From Candidatus Acidiferrum sp. (GTDB taxonomy: Bacteria > Acidobacteriota > Terriglobia > Acidiferrales > UBA7541): DNA of 64,000 nt. The stretch is from NCBI GenBank assembly GCA_049792735.1, contig JBARBE010000047.1, forward strand, positions 57,359-121,358, in the 5' to 3' direction. Below, piece after piece: positions 17,103 through 27,700 of the stretch (positions are counted from its first letter, which is position 1; the number at the start of each line of letters is the position of its first letter). The notes below the pieces were generated by a model that had not been told where the DNA came from, did no database searches, and saw only the letters and a program-made list of their open reading frames with translations. A program made the translations under genes and the position numbers.

Positions 17103-18323
17103 ATGCCAGAAATTTCAGATGAAGGAAAGAAATCCGACGGCTCGGAAGAGGTTTTGGGACGCCGCGATTTTATGCCTTTGCAAGTAAGAATCGTTAGGGC
17201 GTGGAATGAGCTGGAGACGATTCGTTCGGCGTGGGAGAGGATTTTGCATGGCGCGGAAGCGCTGACCATATTTTCCACGCTTGAATGGCTCGGAGCATGG
17301 TGGAAAGCGTTTGCGAAGGACAAGGAGCTGATTGCACCTGTTTTCTCGACCTCGGAGGGTGAGATAGTCGGCGTTGTTCCGCTCTATGCAGACTCGGTCG
17401 AAACGAGGCTTCCCTTTCGAGTGAGACGATTGCGTTTCGTCGGGGATGGGTCGGAAGACTCGGACAATCTCGACCTGATCATCCGTGATGGTTATGAAAC
17501 GTCCTGTACGAAGGCTTTTCTGTCCTGGCTGGAATCGACTCCAGATTGGGACATTTGCGAGCTGAATACGCTTCCTTTGGAATCCGCTTCGCTGCCGTCA
17601 TTGACTTCGGATCTGAAACGGCGCGGGTGGACCTTGCGGCGATTGGAACGGCCGCGGTCGAGAGTCCCGTTGCCGGACACATGGGATAATTACCTCAAGC
17701 AAACGATCTCGAAAAAAGAAAAAACGAAAATTGGTTACTACATGAACCGATTGCAGGAGCGCTATAGCGTCTCGGTTACCAAGTGCGATGATGCGCAAGC
17801 GCTGCCTGGATCTCTGAGCACACTTTTCGAGCTCCACCAGAAACGCTGGCAGTTGAAAGGAAAGCCGGGGGCGTTTGCCTCCACACAGCGATGCGAATTC
17901 TATTACAGCATGGCGGCATCTTTTCTGCAGCGCGGCTGGCTCGAATTCTGGATGATGGCGCTGGATGGAAAAGCGGCCGCCGCACAATTCGGTTTTAGAT
18001 ATCGCGATGCAGTTTACTCGTTACAGGAGGGCTTTGATCCGGCGTATTCGTCCGACCGCGTCGGTTATGTGCTCAGGGCACACGTCCTGAAGACGCTGAT
18101 TGGCCAGGGCGTCCGGCAATATGATTTCCTCGGTGAAGAAGACTCGAGCAAAAATCGCTGGGGAGCCCAAGTGGAAAGCTACGCAGACATCCATTTTGCC
18201 CGGCCGCTGACGCGAGGCGCCATTTACCTGAGAATGGATCAGACGACGCGCTCTTTGAAAAGCTGGTTCCGAACGAATCTTCCGGGTCCAGTTCTGCGGG
18301 CTCTTCGAAAGGGTAAATCATGA
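17103..18323 (+). CDS. CelD/BcsL-like (BioF2-like, FemAB-related GNAT) acyltransferase
   Basis: 406 aa. WNELETIRSAWERIL...IFSTLEWLGAWWKAF and the C-terminal YDFLGEEDSSKNRWGA are typical of the Acetyltransf_6 family found in polysaccharide loci. Confidence 0.8.
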   Translation: MPEISDEGKKSDGSEEVLGRRDFMPLQVRIVRAWNELETIRSAWERILHGAEALTIFSTLEWLGAWWKAFAKDKELIAPVFSTSEGEIVGVVPLYADSVETRLPFRVRRLRFVGDGSEDSDNLDLIIRDGYETSCTKAFLSWLESTPDWDICELNTLPLESASLPSLTSDLKRRGWTLRRLERPRSRVPLPDTWDNYLKQTISKKEKTKIGYYMNRLQERYSVSVTKCDDAQALPGSLSTLFELHQKRWQLKGKPGAFASTQRCEFYYSMAASFLQRGWLEFWMMALDGKAAAAQFGFRYRDAVYSLQEGFDPAYSSDRVGYVLRAHVLKTLIGQGVRQYDFLGEEDSSKNRWGAQVESYADIHFARPLTRGAIYLRMDQTTRSLKSWFRTNLPGPVLRALRKGKS

Positions 18324-18340
18324 GCGACACTGCTTTAAGA

Positions 18341-21214
18341 CTACAAACTTCGCCAATTCAGAATCGATGAAAGCTTTCGAAATCTTGACTGTTCCGCGAC
18401 TTCCATGAGCCTTTGAAACAGAGCGCCACATCCCTGCGCTTGCTGAAGATGGACATTGCATTTGCCGCAGAGTTGGCCGTCTGAGTGAAGCAGTTGTGCC
18501 ACTGCCTCGAGCAGTCCTCTCTGGTAGGGCTGCCGCATCAGTTTGCATCTGCCAGTCGCGGCAAACTCACGAACTGATTTCGAACTGTTCGCGGGGGCGA
18601 ACGCAAGATCGGCGGCGCGGAACATATCCAGATCCTGATCGTTATCACCGATGGCGGCAATGGGCTCGTCTTCGAATCTCAAATATTTCTTCGCCCATAG
18701 CAAACCGGAACCTTTATTAATGCCCTTTGGGACGATGGTCGTGTCCGCTTCGGTCGGCAGAAATGTCAAAAGCGCCAAACCCGTGCGTTCAAGGACCTGT
18801 CGAACCTCCGCTTCCAACAGACCCTGGGTGCTATTTCGCGCGTATCGGAAAGCGCGGACGGCAGTCCGATAATTTGGATCGACGAATACGCGGGGAAGCG
18901 ATTGAATTGCCGTCTTGCAGCGGTTCAGTTGCTCAGCAGCCTCCGGATCGACGAGCGAGATTTCGCTTTGAGCCAGAGCATCGACAAACAGGCAGCCGGA
19001 TTCCGCGACGCCTCCTTGCAGACCGTAGGCCTCACAGTATTGCCGGACGTCCGTGACGCTGCGCGCGGTGTTAAGAATCACGGAAAATCCGTGACTCTTC
19101 AGCCTCGCTAGTGCGATCAGACTGCTGGCCGTCGCTTGAGGAAAACCAAAAACATCGGAATCGAAGACCCCATCAAGATCGAGAAAGATATGTCTCTGAG
19201 TGGAGTGGGGGAGCAAGCGGTTGGGAAGCAGCGACGCCGAAAATAGATTCATTCGGTGAACTAAGAAATTTCGGGCTAGAAAAAGGCGTTCGTGCCAGAG
19301 CATCAGAGCCTTGCTGCGCTTCGCAAAATCAAGCGCGGCGGCAGCCCGCTCGATTACCACAAGGCCGTGCACCACCTTCCAAAGCAGAATTCGGTCGACG
19401 ACTTCAGAATCACCACTTAGCTGGATATAGCGCGCGATCAGGTCGCTTTCGTCCTGTGCAGAAAGACGGAATTCGAAAACGGCGGTTGCGAGATCGTAGG
19501 CGGGATCAACGATGTATAGCTCGGTACGGCCGAAATTGTGGTGTTCGTAGTCAACCTTGAAAAAAGTATTCTGAGTTTGGAGCCAGTCGCCGGGTTTCAT
19601 GTTCCCGTCAATCAATGCGGGGGCGCGGCACACGTGCTGCGCTAGATTCCGGTGGAGAGCCGGCACTTTCAAACGGCCAGCGATCGAGCCGTAGGCTCTT
19701 CGCAGCGAATCGATCAGCACACTCCAGCCCGTCCAGCCATAGCCGGGGCTGATTGCAAAGGTAGGATCTTTTTTCAGACGCAGTGTCGCCGCGCGAGTTG
19801 CAACATAGGCCGCGAGACGTTCGATTGGCGGCGCAACCGGATTGCCGTCAGGACGTTCGAGCCACTCCATGTACAGAAGGCCTTCTCGGAGGCCAAGCGT
19901 TGCGGGAACAAACTCTGCGAGCTGCTTGCCGGCAAAAAAAGCGTGGTAACCAAGCCAGCCCCAACCCACACTCTTCGCAAGAACGCGCCTGATTACAGGC
20001 GGTGCTCCTTTTTTCGTGAGGCGGACATCAAATACACGCTTGAGGCGGCACTGGAAATCCTCCAGAAAATGTTCTTCGAGGCGCGCGTTGAGTTCGCCGG
20101 TTCGGGTGCTCTGCACGAGCTGAACTCCGTCCCATCCCAGGGATTGGAAATAGCTCGCTAGAAGCGGCTGGACGGAATGGGGTTCGAGAAGTTGTTTCTT
20201 GTGAAGAGCGTTCGACTCCAAACGAATGAGCGTGATGCCACGGGTCTCCTCCGTGATCGGAAGGCGCCAATCGGGACGCGCCGGGTGCATCGCCGCGAGG
20301 AGAAAAATTCTACTTGGCGGTACTCCCCTTTTCCGCAGGAGGTTCAGCATCAACTGGAAGGTGTCACCGGTATTCGGAGACTCGTCGATGAGGAGCACGC
20401 GCACGTCCGGAGAGTAAAGAGACTGAAGCGCGGTCTCCTCCCACGGGGAAATTCCCTTCTTCGGCCGGATGGTGCACCAAGACACTGACGTCCAGCCAAG
20501 CTGGGAGAGTTTCGCTTTCGCGGCTGGAGCGAAATATGCGCCCATCGAACGCGGTCCAATGATCAAGAGCGGCGATTGGCGATTCGTTTGAGAAGCGTTG
20601 AATAACTCCGCAAGCGAGAAGGCATCTTGATGCGCAAGATCCTGGCTGCGGTATCCGGAAGGCAGCTGCATGCGGCGATTGAGGAGCTGCTTTGGTAGTG
20701 GGGTGGCAATGCAGTGTGCGATAGATTTTCTCAACTCATTCAGTTCTTGCCGGGGGGGCTTACCGGTTCGAGTGAGAAGTTCGCAGATCGCATCGACCTG
20801 AGAGGTCCATTTTCTCCTCCAGCGCGCGGCGCGTGATTTTTGCGGAAAGCTCGTGAGGCGACAGACGACGTTGACTATTCTCTGAACCAGAAGGATAGGA
20901 ATTCGAAGTCTGGGAAACTTTCGGGAGATCTTCGAAAGAGCGGGGGGAGTTTCCCCCAAATAGTCATCGAGAGTGCAGGTGACAGCGGAAGCGAACAGAT
21001 ACAGATTGGCTTTGCACTCTTCGATCTGCCAGGGCACGTTTAGCGAATTCAGTCGATTCAGGGATTCGCTGAGGTGTTCGAATAGCTCGCGCACCGATAG
21101 AACCGGATCAAGCGCCCATCCATAGAATGAATAAAACTGTTCCTCGGAGCAGATTGCGGCGGGGAGTCCTCCGATCTCTAGAACAGGCCCTTGCGTGCTA
21201 ATGGTATCAATCAC
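18341..21214 (-). CDS. 957-aa multidomain protein: N-terminal unknown / PRTase-like / kinase-like (unclear) / HAD-IIB phosphatase
   Basis: The PRTase-like nucleotide loop is VRVLLIDESPNTGDTF, preceded by LLIIGPRSMGAYFAP. The middle region shows IDGNMKPGDWL...KVDYEHHNFG...IVDPAYDLA, resembling a protein-kinase-like fold. The C-terminus has HAD motifs IFLDLDGV, ILNTARS, KGINKG and IGDNDQDLDMF. Confidence 0.75.
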   Translation of the reverse strand: MIDTISTQGPVLEIGGLPAAICSEEQFYSFYGWALDPVLSVRELFEHLSESLNRLNSLNVPWQIEECKANLYLFASAVTCTLDDYLGETPPALSKISRKFPRLRIPILLVQRIVNVVCRLTSFPQKSRAARWRRKWTSQVDAICELLTRTGKPPRQELNELRKSIAHCIATPLPKQLLNRRMQLPSGYRSQDLAHQDAFSLAELFNASQTNRQSPLLIIGPRSMGAYFAPAAKAKLSQLGWTSVSWCTIRPKKGISPWEETALQSLYSPDVRVLLIDESPNTGDTFQLMLNLLRKRGVPPSRIFLLAAMHPARPDWRLPITEETRGITLIRLESNALHKKQLLEPHSVQPLLASYFQSLGWDGVQLVQSTRTGELNARLEEHFLEDFQCRLKRVFDVRLTKKGAPPVIRRVLAKSVGWGWLGYHAFFAGKQLAEFVPATLGLREGLLYMEWLERPDGNPVAPPIERLAAYVATRAATLRLKKDPTFAISPGYGWTGWSVLIDSLRRAYGSIAGRLKVPALHRNLAQHVCRAPALIDGNMKPGDWLQTQNTFFKVDYEHHNFGRTELYIVDPAYDLATAVFEFRLSAQDESDLIARYIQLSGDSEVVDRILLWKVVHGLVVIERAAAALDFAKRSKALMLWHERLFLARNFLVHRMNLFSASLLPNRLLPHSTQRHIFLDLDGVFDSDVFGFPQATASSLIALARLKSHGFSVILNTARSVTDVRQYCEAYGLQGGVAESGCLFVDALAQSEISLVDPEAAEQLNRCKTAIQSLPRVFVDPNYRTAVRAFRYARNSTQGLLEAEVRQVLERTGLALLTFLPTEADTTIVPKGINKGSGLLWAKKYLRFEDEPIAAIGDNDQDLDMFRAADLAFAPANSSKSVREFAATGRCKLMRQPYQRGLLEAVAQLLHSDGQLCGKCNVHLQQAQGCGALFQRLMEVAEQSRFRKLSSILNWRSL

Positions 21215-21295
21215 TGATCATGTCCTGGTTATTGCCGAGATGTAATTCCGGGTACAGCAGCGGATACCTTAGCTGGAGAAGATATACGGCTTTGA

Positions 21296-22225
21296 TCATG
21301 CACGTGAAATCGAGGAGTTCCCTGGAGTTTCTTTAACCGTGGGCAGAATGACGCCCCAAGGTTTCTTCAAAAGGAGTGGTGATCCAGCGGTGAGGAGATC
21401 CTGAAACAACCACCAGAAAATCCGCGGATCGCGGCGCGCTTGCGTGAGCGAATAAGGAAGCCAGCCGTGACCAAAAGGCACGTACACGCGAACGGGCACA
21501 TGCAATTCGCTCGCGACTTTCAAAGCCGGCGTGATCGGAAGCCCATACAACAGCTCAAGAGAGCAGGGAGTCTCTGCCTGGCGAAGGCGTTTCAAAGCTT
21601 CCCTGCCGAGTTCCGCGTCGTGTGTCGCTACGGCCACGCATCGTGCACGACCTGCCAGCCGGTCAATGACGTTTAGAAAGCCTTCGCGTGGATTTATCTC
21701 TCGATGTTGAGGGTCCGGCCACTGCCCTTTGACCACGCGAACATGCAAACCGAGTTCCGCCGCAATGCGTGCGTCATCGATGCTTCTCACCCATCTGCCG
21801 GGCAAAGTACAACCAAGATGAGCATAAGAGCGCGCCGATTGCGCAATCATCGAAAATGTCCGATCGGCCGTTTCGTGCCCCAAGGAGTCGAAGTGGACGA
21901 GAGTATTCTCTTGCCGGGCTCGCTCCAGCACCTTGTTGAGAAGTGCCCAGTCATTGTGGAGCGAAGGAAGCTTGATGGACACATAACAATCCATCTTCTC
22001 GGCAGCCAATTGGGAGAGCGCGGTGGTGTAGGCATCCGCTATCCGCTCAGGGGAATCGTTCTCGACATTCCAAAAACAGATCGTGCCGCCAAGACCGAGA
22101 CCTAAGAGACGCCGGCATGTGCTCATGGCATCGGCAAGTTCGGGTCCAGCAATGTAAGCCCTCCCGGCATGCTTTGCCACAGCTTCCCAAGCGGACCAAA
22201 TCATCTTGTTGAGCTTGCGGTTCAT
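21296..22225 (-). CDS. Proline dehydrogenase (PutA-like TIM-barrel) family protein
   Basis: 309 aa. The blocks VSIKLPSL, VHFDSLGHE, VRVVKGQW, VAVATHDAEL, LELLYGLP and VRVYVPFGHGWLPYSLTQARRDP are collinear with monofunctional PRODH motifs. Confidence 0.7.
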   Translation of the reverse strand: MNRKLNKMIWSAWEAVAKHAGRAYIAGPELADAMSTCRRLLGLGLGGTICFWNVENDSPERIADAYTTALSQLAAEKMDCYVSIKLPSLHNDWALLNKVLERARQENTLVHFDSLGHETADRTFSMIAQSARSYAHLGCTLPGRWVRSIDDARIAAELGLHVRVVKGQWPDPQHREINPREGFLNVIDRLAGRARCVAVATHDAELGREALKRLRQAETPCSLELLYGLPITPALKVASELHVPVRVYVPFGHGWLPYSLTQARRDPRIFWWLFQDLLTAGSPLLLKKPWGVILPTVKETPGNSSISRA

Positions 22226-23397
22226 TCCATTTTTCCATTCGCGGCCGTTTGAAACCGTCGGAGCGCTGATTGGAATGCATCGACGGCCAGGGCGACGACG
22301 CTTCTCACTCGGAAGGGATACGCTCGGATTGTTACGGTTTGAATCTCGTCCGGCGTCCAGACACGCGTCCAGTCATCAGCGTTGCCGAGGAATTCATAAG
22401 ACGCGAGTCCTCGCGAAGCTGCGTAACGAATGGTCTCGGCGAGTAGCAACATGCCTGGGGAGCATCGCGCATACTCTTCGCGGTAGCCAATCTTCAGGAG
22501 CCAGAAGCCGCGCGCAGATTCGAGGGCGAGCTGCATCGCGACAGCTTTACTGCCAACCCGCAAAAAACATGCTCGCAAGATTCCTGCAGCGCTGGCCGCG
22601 GCAGCATAGTGGCGGTAGAACGGGCCGCGCAAGCTGTCGCGCGCCATAGCGCTTCCTTCGCTTCCCTTCCAGTTCGCAGCCTCGACTTCCAAAGCTTCTT
22701 GAAGAATCGGCGCAAGTTGCGAGGGAGCAGGGGAGAGAATCTCGTAGCTGAGTGGACCGATTTTCTCGGCGATTCGAGCGGCTCGCCGCAAATCCGAGCG
22801 ACGCCCGCTATTAAGCTGGCTCTCTGGATTCCGCCAGTCCTCGTGTAACAAGAGGCGAGGGTATGGTTTAGCCGGACGTATAAGCACGAGCCCACGTCCG
22901 CGGTAGGCCTCTTGAATGGCGGCAATGGTCGGTGAATCGGCAGAAATTCTGTCCAGAAAAAGAGGGGAGCCCAGCTTGACGAGGGCATTTGCAAGGCTCT
23001 TAAGAGCCGCGAGATCGGAAAACACTAATTCGGTCGGCTCGCGAAGAACTTTGACTCCGAGATATTCCAATCGGCGAAGAACGCCATTGGCGCGGACTAG
23101 CGGCGCGATGGCCCCAGATTGCGATCCCGTTTTGACGACGACGAATTGGAGTTTCCCATCGAGCGGCAAGGTGGCGCAGCAGGATTCGCTCCAAAGACAT
23201 TGTTGGATCGGGCTGGTGATGTCGCCCTCAAGAGCTCGCCAAAACCGGGCAATATCGCCAATCTGGCGCGGGCTAGCGGTGGGCGGATCCCAGCTCCTAT
23301 TTTCGCCATGATTGGCGTTTATACCGACCGGAACCTGAGCTGCGCGCGTAGCTGGGATCGCTTGAGAGAGAACTGGCGAATTGTGAGCGCGATGCAT
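22222..23397 (-). CDS. CelD/BcsL-like (FemAB-related GNAT) acyltransferase, second copy
   Basis: 391 aa. Contains AANWKGSEGSAMA and YEFLGNADDWTRVW. Its stop overlaps the downstream start by 4 nt. Confidence 0.75.
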   Translation of the reverse strand: MHRAHNSPVLSQAIPATRAAQVPVGINANHGENRSWDPPTASPRQIGDIARFWRALEGDITSPIQQCLWSESCCATLPLDGKLQFVVVKTGSQSGAIAPLVRANGVLRRLEYLGVKVLREPTELVFSDLAALKSLANALVKLGSPLFLDRISADSPTIAAIQEAYRGRGLVLIRPAKPYPRLLLHEDWRNPESQLNSGRRSDLRRAARIAEKIGPLSYEILSPAPSQLAPILQEALEVEAANWKGSEGSAMARDSLRGPFYRHYAAAASAAGILRACFLRVGSKAVAMQLALESARGFWLLKIGYREEYARCSPGMLLLAETIRYAASRGLASYEFLGNADDWTRVWTPDEIQTVTIRAYPFRVRSVVALAVDAFQSALRRFQTAANGKME

Positions 23398-23450
23398 GCG
23401 GACCGGCTAGTAGACTCTTTTTCTGCTCTTACGATAGTCTTTAGGTTCAA

Positions 23451-24464
23451 ATGCGCGGAAAACAGGAATTGTTAGCAAGTTTCTGCTCCTGGACAGGGCT
23501 CACTAGAGTGCTGGAGAGCTTGCCCCAGCGTCGCGCTTTGATCATCCTCAATTACCACCGCATCGGAAACGCGGACGAAACTCTGTTCGACTCGGGCGTA
23601 TTTTCTGCCACGGCGGAGCAATTTGATTCGCAGATCACTTACCTGAAACGGCGTTTTCACATGGCTACTTTAGAAGAAGTGTTCGCCATGATGGGTGGCG
23701 ATGCCCCTCAGGGGACGAGCGTGCTGATCACCTTCGACGATGGGTATCTGGATAATTACACGCTCGCCTTTCCGATCCTTCGCTCGAAAGGTGTCCAGGC
23801 CGTGTTCTTCCTGCCTACCGCATTCATCGGCACCGGGAAACTGCCTTGGTGGGACATCATTGCCTACATAATCAAACGGAGTGTTAAGAAGCACATTCAT
23901 CTCGACTATCCGGAACCTGCTGACTTTGACCTGACACGCGACCGAGCAAAGCAAGTGTGCATGCAGATCCTGCGGGTCTTTGCGCAGCCTGCCGTGAAAG
24001 ATACCGAACACTTCCTAGCGGATCTCGAAAGGGAATGTGAAGTATCGCGGCCCGAAGCTGGAGCCGAGCGCTGTTTCCTGAATTGGGACGAAGTCCGTGA
24101 CATGCAGCAGCAAGGCATGGCGTTCGGCTCTCATACCCACCGCCATGAGATCTTAACTAAGCTTTCGCCAGAATTGCAGCTGGAAGAAGTTCGTTCTTCG
24201 CGCGAGATACTGGAACGTGAGCTTAACCGATGTGTTGATGTTCTCGCCTATCCCGTTGGGCTCAAGCATTGTTTCTCTGCCGATACGATTAGCGCCCTGC
24301 AACAAACGGGTTATCGAGCAGCCTTTTCGTTTTACGGGGGCTCGAACCCCACGCGAAAGATTCGACCCTTCGACATAAGGCGTTATGGAGTGGCTGATCA
24401 GAGCTATGCCCGCTTCCGGCTGCAAACAACTGTGAGAACCGTCACCGGCGCTGGTTCGTTTTGA
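23451..24464 (+). CDS. Polysaccharide deacetylase (NodB homology domain)
   Basis: Shows ILNYHRIG, ITFDDGYLDNY, FFLPTAFIG and GSHTHRHEIL. It is divergent from the 23397 operon, with only a 53-nt spacer. Confidence 0.85.
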   Translation: MRGKQELLASFCSWTGLTRVLESLPQRRALIILNYHRIGNADETLFDSGVFSATAEQFDSQITYLKRRFHMATLEEVFAMMGGDAPQGTSVLITFDDGYLDNYTLAFPILRSKGVQAVFFLPTAFIGTGKLPWWDIIAYIIKRSVKKHIHLDYPEPADFDLTRDRAKQVCMQILRVFAQPAVKDTEHFLADLERECEVSRPEAGAERCFLNWDEVRDMQQQGMAFGSHTHRHEILTKLSPELQLEEVRSSREILERELNRCVDVLAYPVGLKHCFSADTISALQQTGYRAAFSFYGGSNPTRKIRPFDIRRYGVADQSYARFRLQTTVRTVTGAGSF

Positions 24465-24758
24465 AGGCGGTCAAGCCAGCGCGCAAGCTAAGACTGCAAA
24501 CAAGTCCTTCATTTACTTAAGTTTAACCAAAAATTTGAAGAGATCCCTGGGCCGCTGCTGGATGTTAAACCCTCCCTCTTTCCTCCATCCAATCCCACCT
24601 ATCTTCCCAGACACAATGGACACCTGGGGACAGCCTTTGGGCAGTTCCCCTTTTTTGGACTCTTGGGCAGATGTATTCAACGCGGCGCTCCTGTATCCAC
24701 AGTAGGCATGGGCGCGTGTTGCATTTGGGCACGGAGCTGAGATCGAAGCCGGAGCCAA

Positions 24759-27700
24759 ATGTTGAGAGCTTGTCGTACTCCACGAACTCACGAGTGGTTA
24801 GCGCTATTCCTGGTTGTCCTCTCAGGAACCCTCTACCTCGCTGGATGCGCAGGTTTGACGAGCGCCAACAAACCAACGAGCGATCCCAAAGGCAATGGCG
24901 GGTCCGGCGCACCTTCGATCAGTTCACAACCGGTCAGTGCAGATGTCACGGTCGGGCAAACCGCGAATTTCTCGGTAGCCGTAACGGGCACGGCCCCGTT
25001 CAGCTACCAGTGGCGCAAAAACGGAACTGCGATCAGTAGCGCGACTTCTTCTACATATACGACTCCGCCTACGACGGCGGCCGACAATGGCGCGCTGTTC
25101 ACAGTAGTGGTAAGCAACAGCGCGGGCAGCGCGACAAGCAACGCTGCCACTCTGAACGTTTCCGCCACCGCGGGGGCGGCGGTCGCGGTGTCCCCAACCA
25201 GCACGACGGTAGCGGTGGGGGCGATCCAACAATTCACAGCGACGGTGACTGGCACCTCGAGCGCGGCGGTAACGTGGAGCGTCAGTGGCGCGGGATGCAG
25301 CGGCGCAACGTGTGGTACCATTTCGCAAGGCGGACTTTACACCTCACCAGCCAGTGTGCCCTCGCCTGCGACTGTCAGTGTGATTGTGACCAGCGTGGCG
25401 AACCCCACTAAATCAGCTTCGGCGAGCGTCACCCTTGTTGCTGCAGCTGCGGTTTTGCTGAGCATTAGCCCCGCGAGTGTCGCAGTTCCTACGGCCAGCA
25501 CGGATTCATTTACAGCCACGGTGACAGGCACAACCAATACGGCGGTGGCATGGAGTTTGAGTGGAGCGGGCTGTAGCGGCTCCTCCTGCGGCTCACTTGC
25601 GACAAGTTCGCTGGCGGCCGTCTATACCGCCCCAGTAGTGGCACCTTCACCACCTAGCGTTACTGTGGCAGCAACCAGTGTGGCGGTGCCGAGCAAGACG
25701 GCGACTGCGAGTGTGACCATTGTGCCCGTTGTTAGCGTTACTGTGACACCGGCTAGCATGTCGGTTCTAACCGGGGCAACACAACAGTTCAATGCATCTG
25801 TCGTGGGGACCTCCAATACTGCGGTGACATGGACAGTGCAAGGGACTGGCTGTAGCGCTGCGACATGCGGCACCATTACCAGCTCGGGACTCTATACAGC
25901 ACCTCAGACAGTTCCCTCACCTGCCGGCGTTACCGTCACTGCGACTAGTTCGGCAGATTCGTCCAAGACGGGTTCGGCATCCGTGACTATCTTGTCTGCG
26001 TCAGCTACTAACACGATTGACGGCCTTAATATTCCTGCCGGCCACCCCAGGTTGTTCTGGAACGCGGGAAGAGTCGCGACGGCCCAGGCATGGGTAGCAA
26101 GCACGGGCTACGCAGGATTGAATACGGCATCCGCGCGCCCGCTTGACGATTACGACATGGCGTTTACCTGCTTCACGATGAGTGGAGCGGTAGCGACGGG
26201 AGCGTGTAGTCAGGTGATCACCGACGCATTGGCGCTCGGCCCCTCCGGCACAAATGGGACTGGGGCCGGCGACGATAACATGCGCAGGAACGGGGAGTGG
26301 ATCATGCTGGTCCTCGACTGGCTTGCTCCTGGCTGCGGCAGGGCGCAGTGCCTCACATCCGCGCAGGTAACGACGCTTACCGACAACTGGAACGCTTGGC
26401 AATCGAATCAGGACAACGTGATCCAGACATGGGGCAACGTCGGGATGCCTGCGAACAACTATTTCGCCGGACAGTTTCGCAATGATTTCGATTTCGGGAT
26501 CGCCACGTATGGCAACAATTCCAATGCCGCTACGAACTTGAATTATGGAATGAATAGCCGGTGGCCCGATTTGCTAAATTTCGTTTCCCCATCCGGTACA
26601 GGGAAAAACGGCACCCACGGCTACGCACTGAACAGCCAAGAAGGCGGCGGAGAATACGGAAGATATTCTCTCAACTATTACGCATTGCCTCTGGCCTCAT
26701 CAGCGATTCTAGGGCGCGATATGTGGACCGAGACAACCGCCTTTAAGTCCGGTGTGTTCCAGACGATCTACAACACGATGCCGGCTACAACTACGAGCCG
26801 GAGCATGTGGGATATGTTCACGTGGGGCGACGATGAGAATTGGGCTGGTGGCGCGAATTGCGGCTACCAGAGCCACAACGGGCCTGATGGACATGGCGGA
26901 TGTGGAGCTTCCAGCCAATACTACGGCGACTTCATGCAAGCGGCCGCGAACGAGTTTCCAAATACAGCCGTAGGCAAACTCGCTCGCCAGTGGATATCCA
27001 CTGTTAACCCTGCGATCGGACCAATCTTCCTTTCTGTCAATCCTGGAGGATCATCGCAGGCGTATTCGACGATGCCTCTCGATTACTATTCATCCGGCGC
27101 GCAATATATGTACTCGCATGGCGACTGGACGAGCTCCGGGACGTCGATGCTCTGGCAAATGGGTATATACAATGGGGATAACGTTGGAACTACGCAATAC
27201 TGGGGCGGCGGTCACTCACACCAAGACGCTGGAACATTCCAGGTGTTCCGCAAGGGCGTGAACATCATCCGCGAGACGGCGGCTTACTCCGAAACAGTAG
27301 CCGGATACAAAGGAAGCGGAACCGTGGACGCGGCGACCGGATTCGCGCACAACATTCCGTTCGTGGGCGGGCAGGCGTCGATCAACATATTCGGGGGCTG
27401 CTCGGATGGACCCGGAATCGTCAAACGGCTGGAGACGCAGCCTAACTATTCGTTTGCGGTCACTGATCTGACGCTAACGTATCAGAATAATGTGTGCGAT
27501 TCGTCGCACCCGGAGCGAGAGAATCACTATGTGGTCTCCGTCGTTCGCGAATACTACTATTTGCGAGGCATCAACACGATTCTGATCGTGGACCGGCTGC
27601 AAACCGATGCGGCCACACGAAGCACGACGTTCGTGAGCCACTGCGAAACGAATCCTACAGTGAGTTCCGCAACCGTCGCGTGCATTGACGGGACGCAGGA

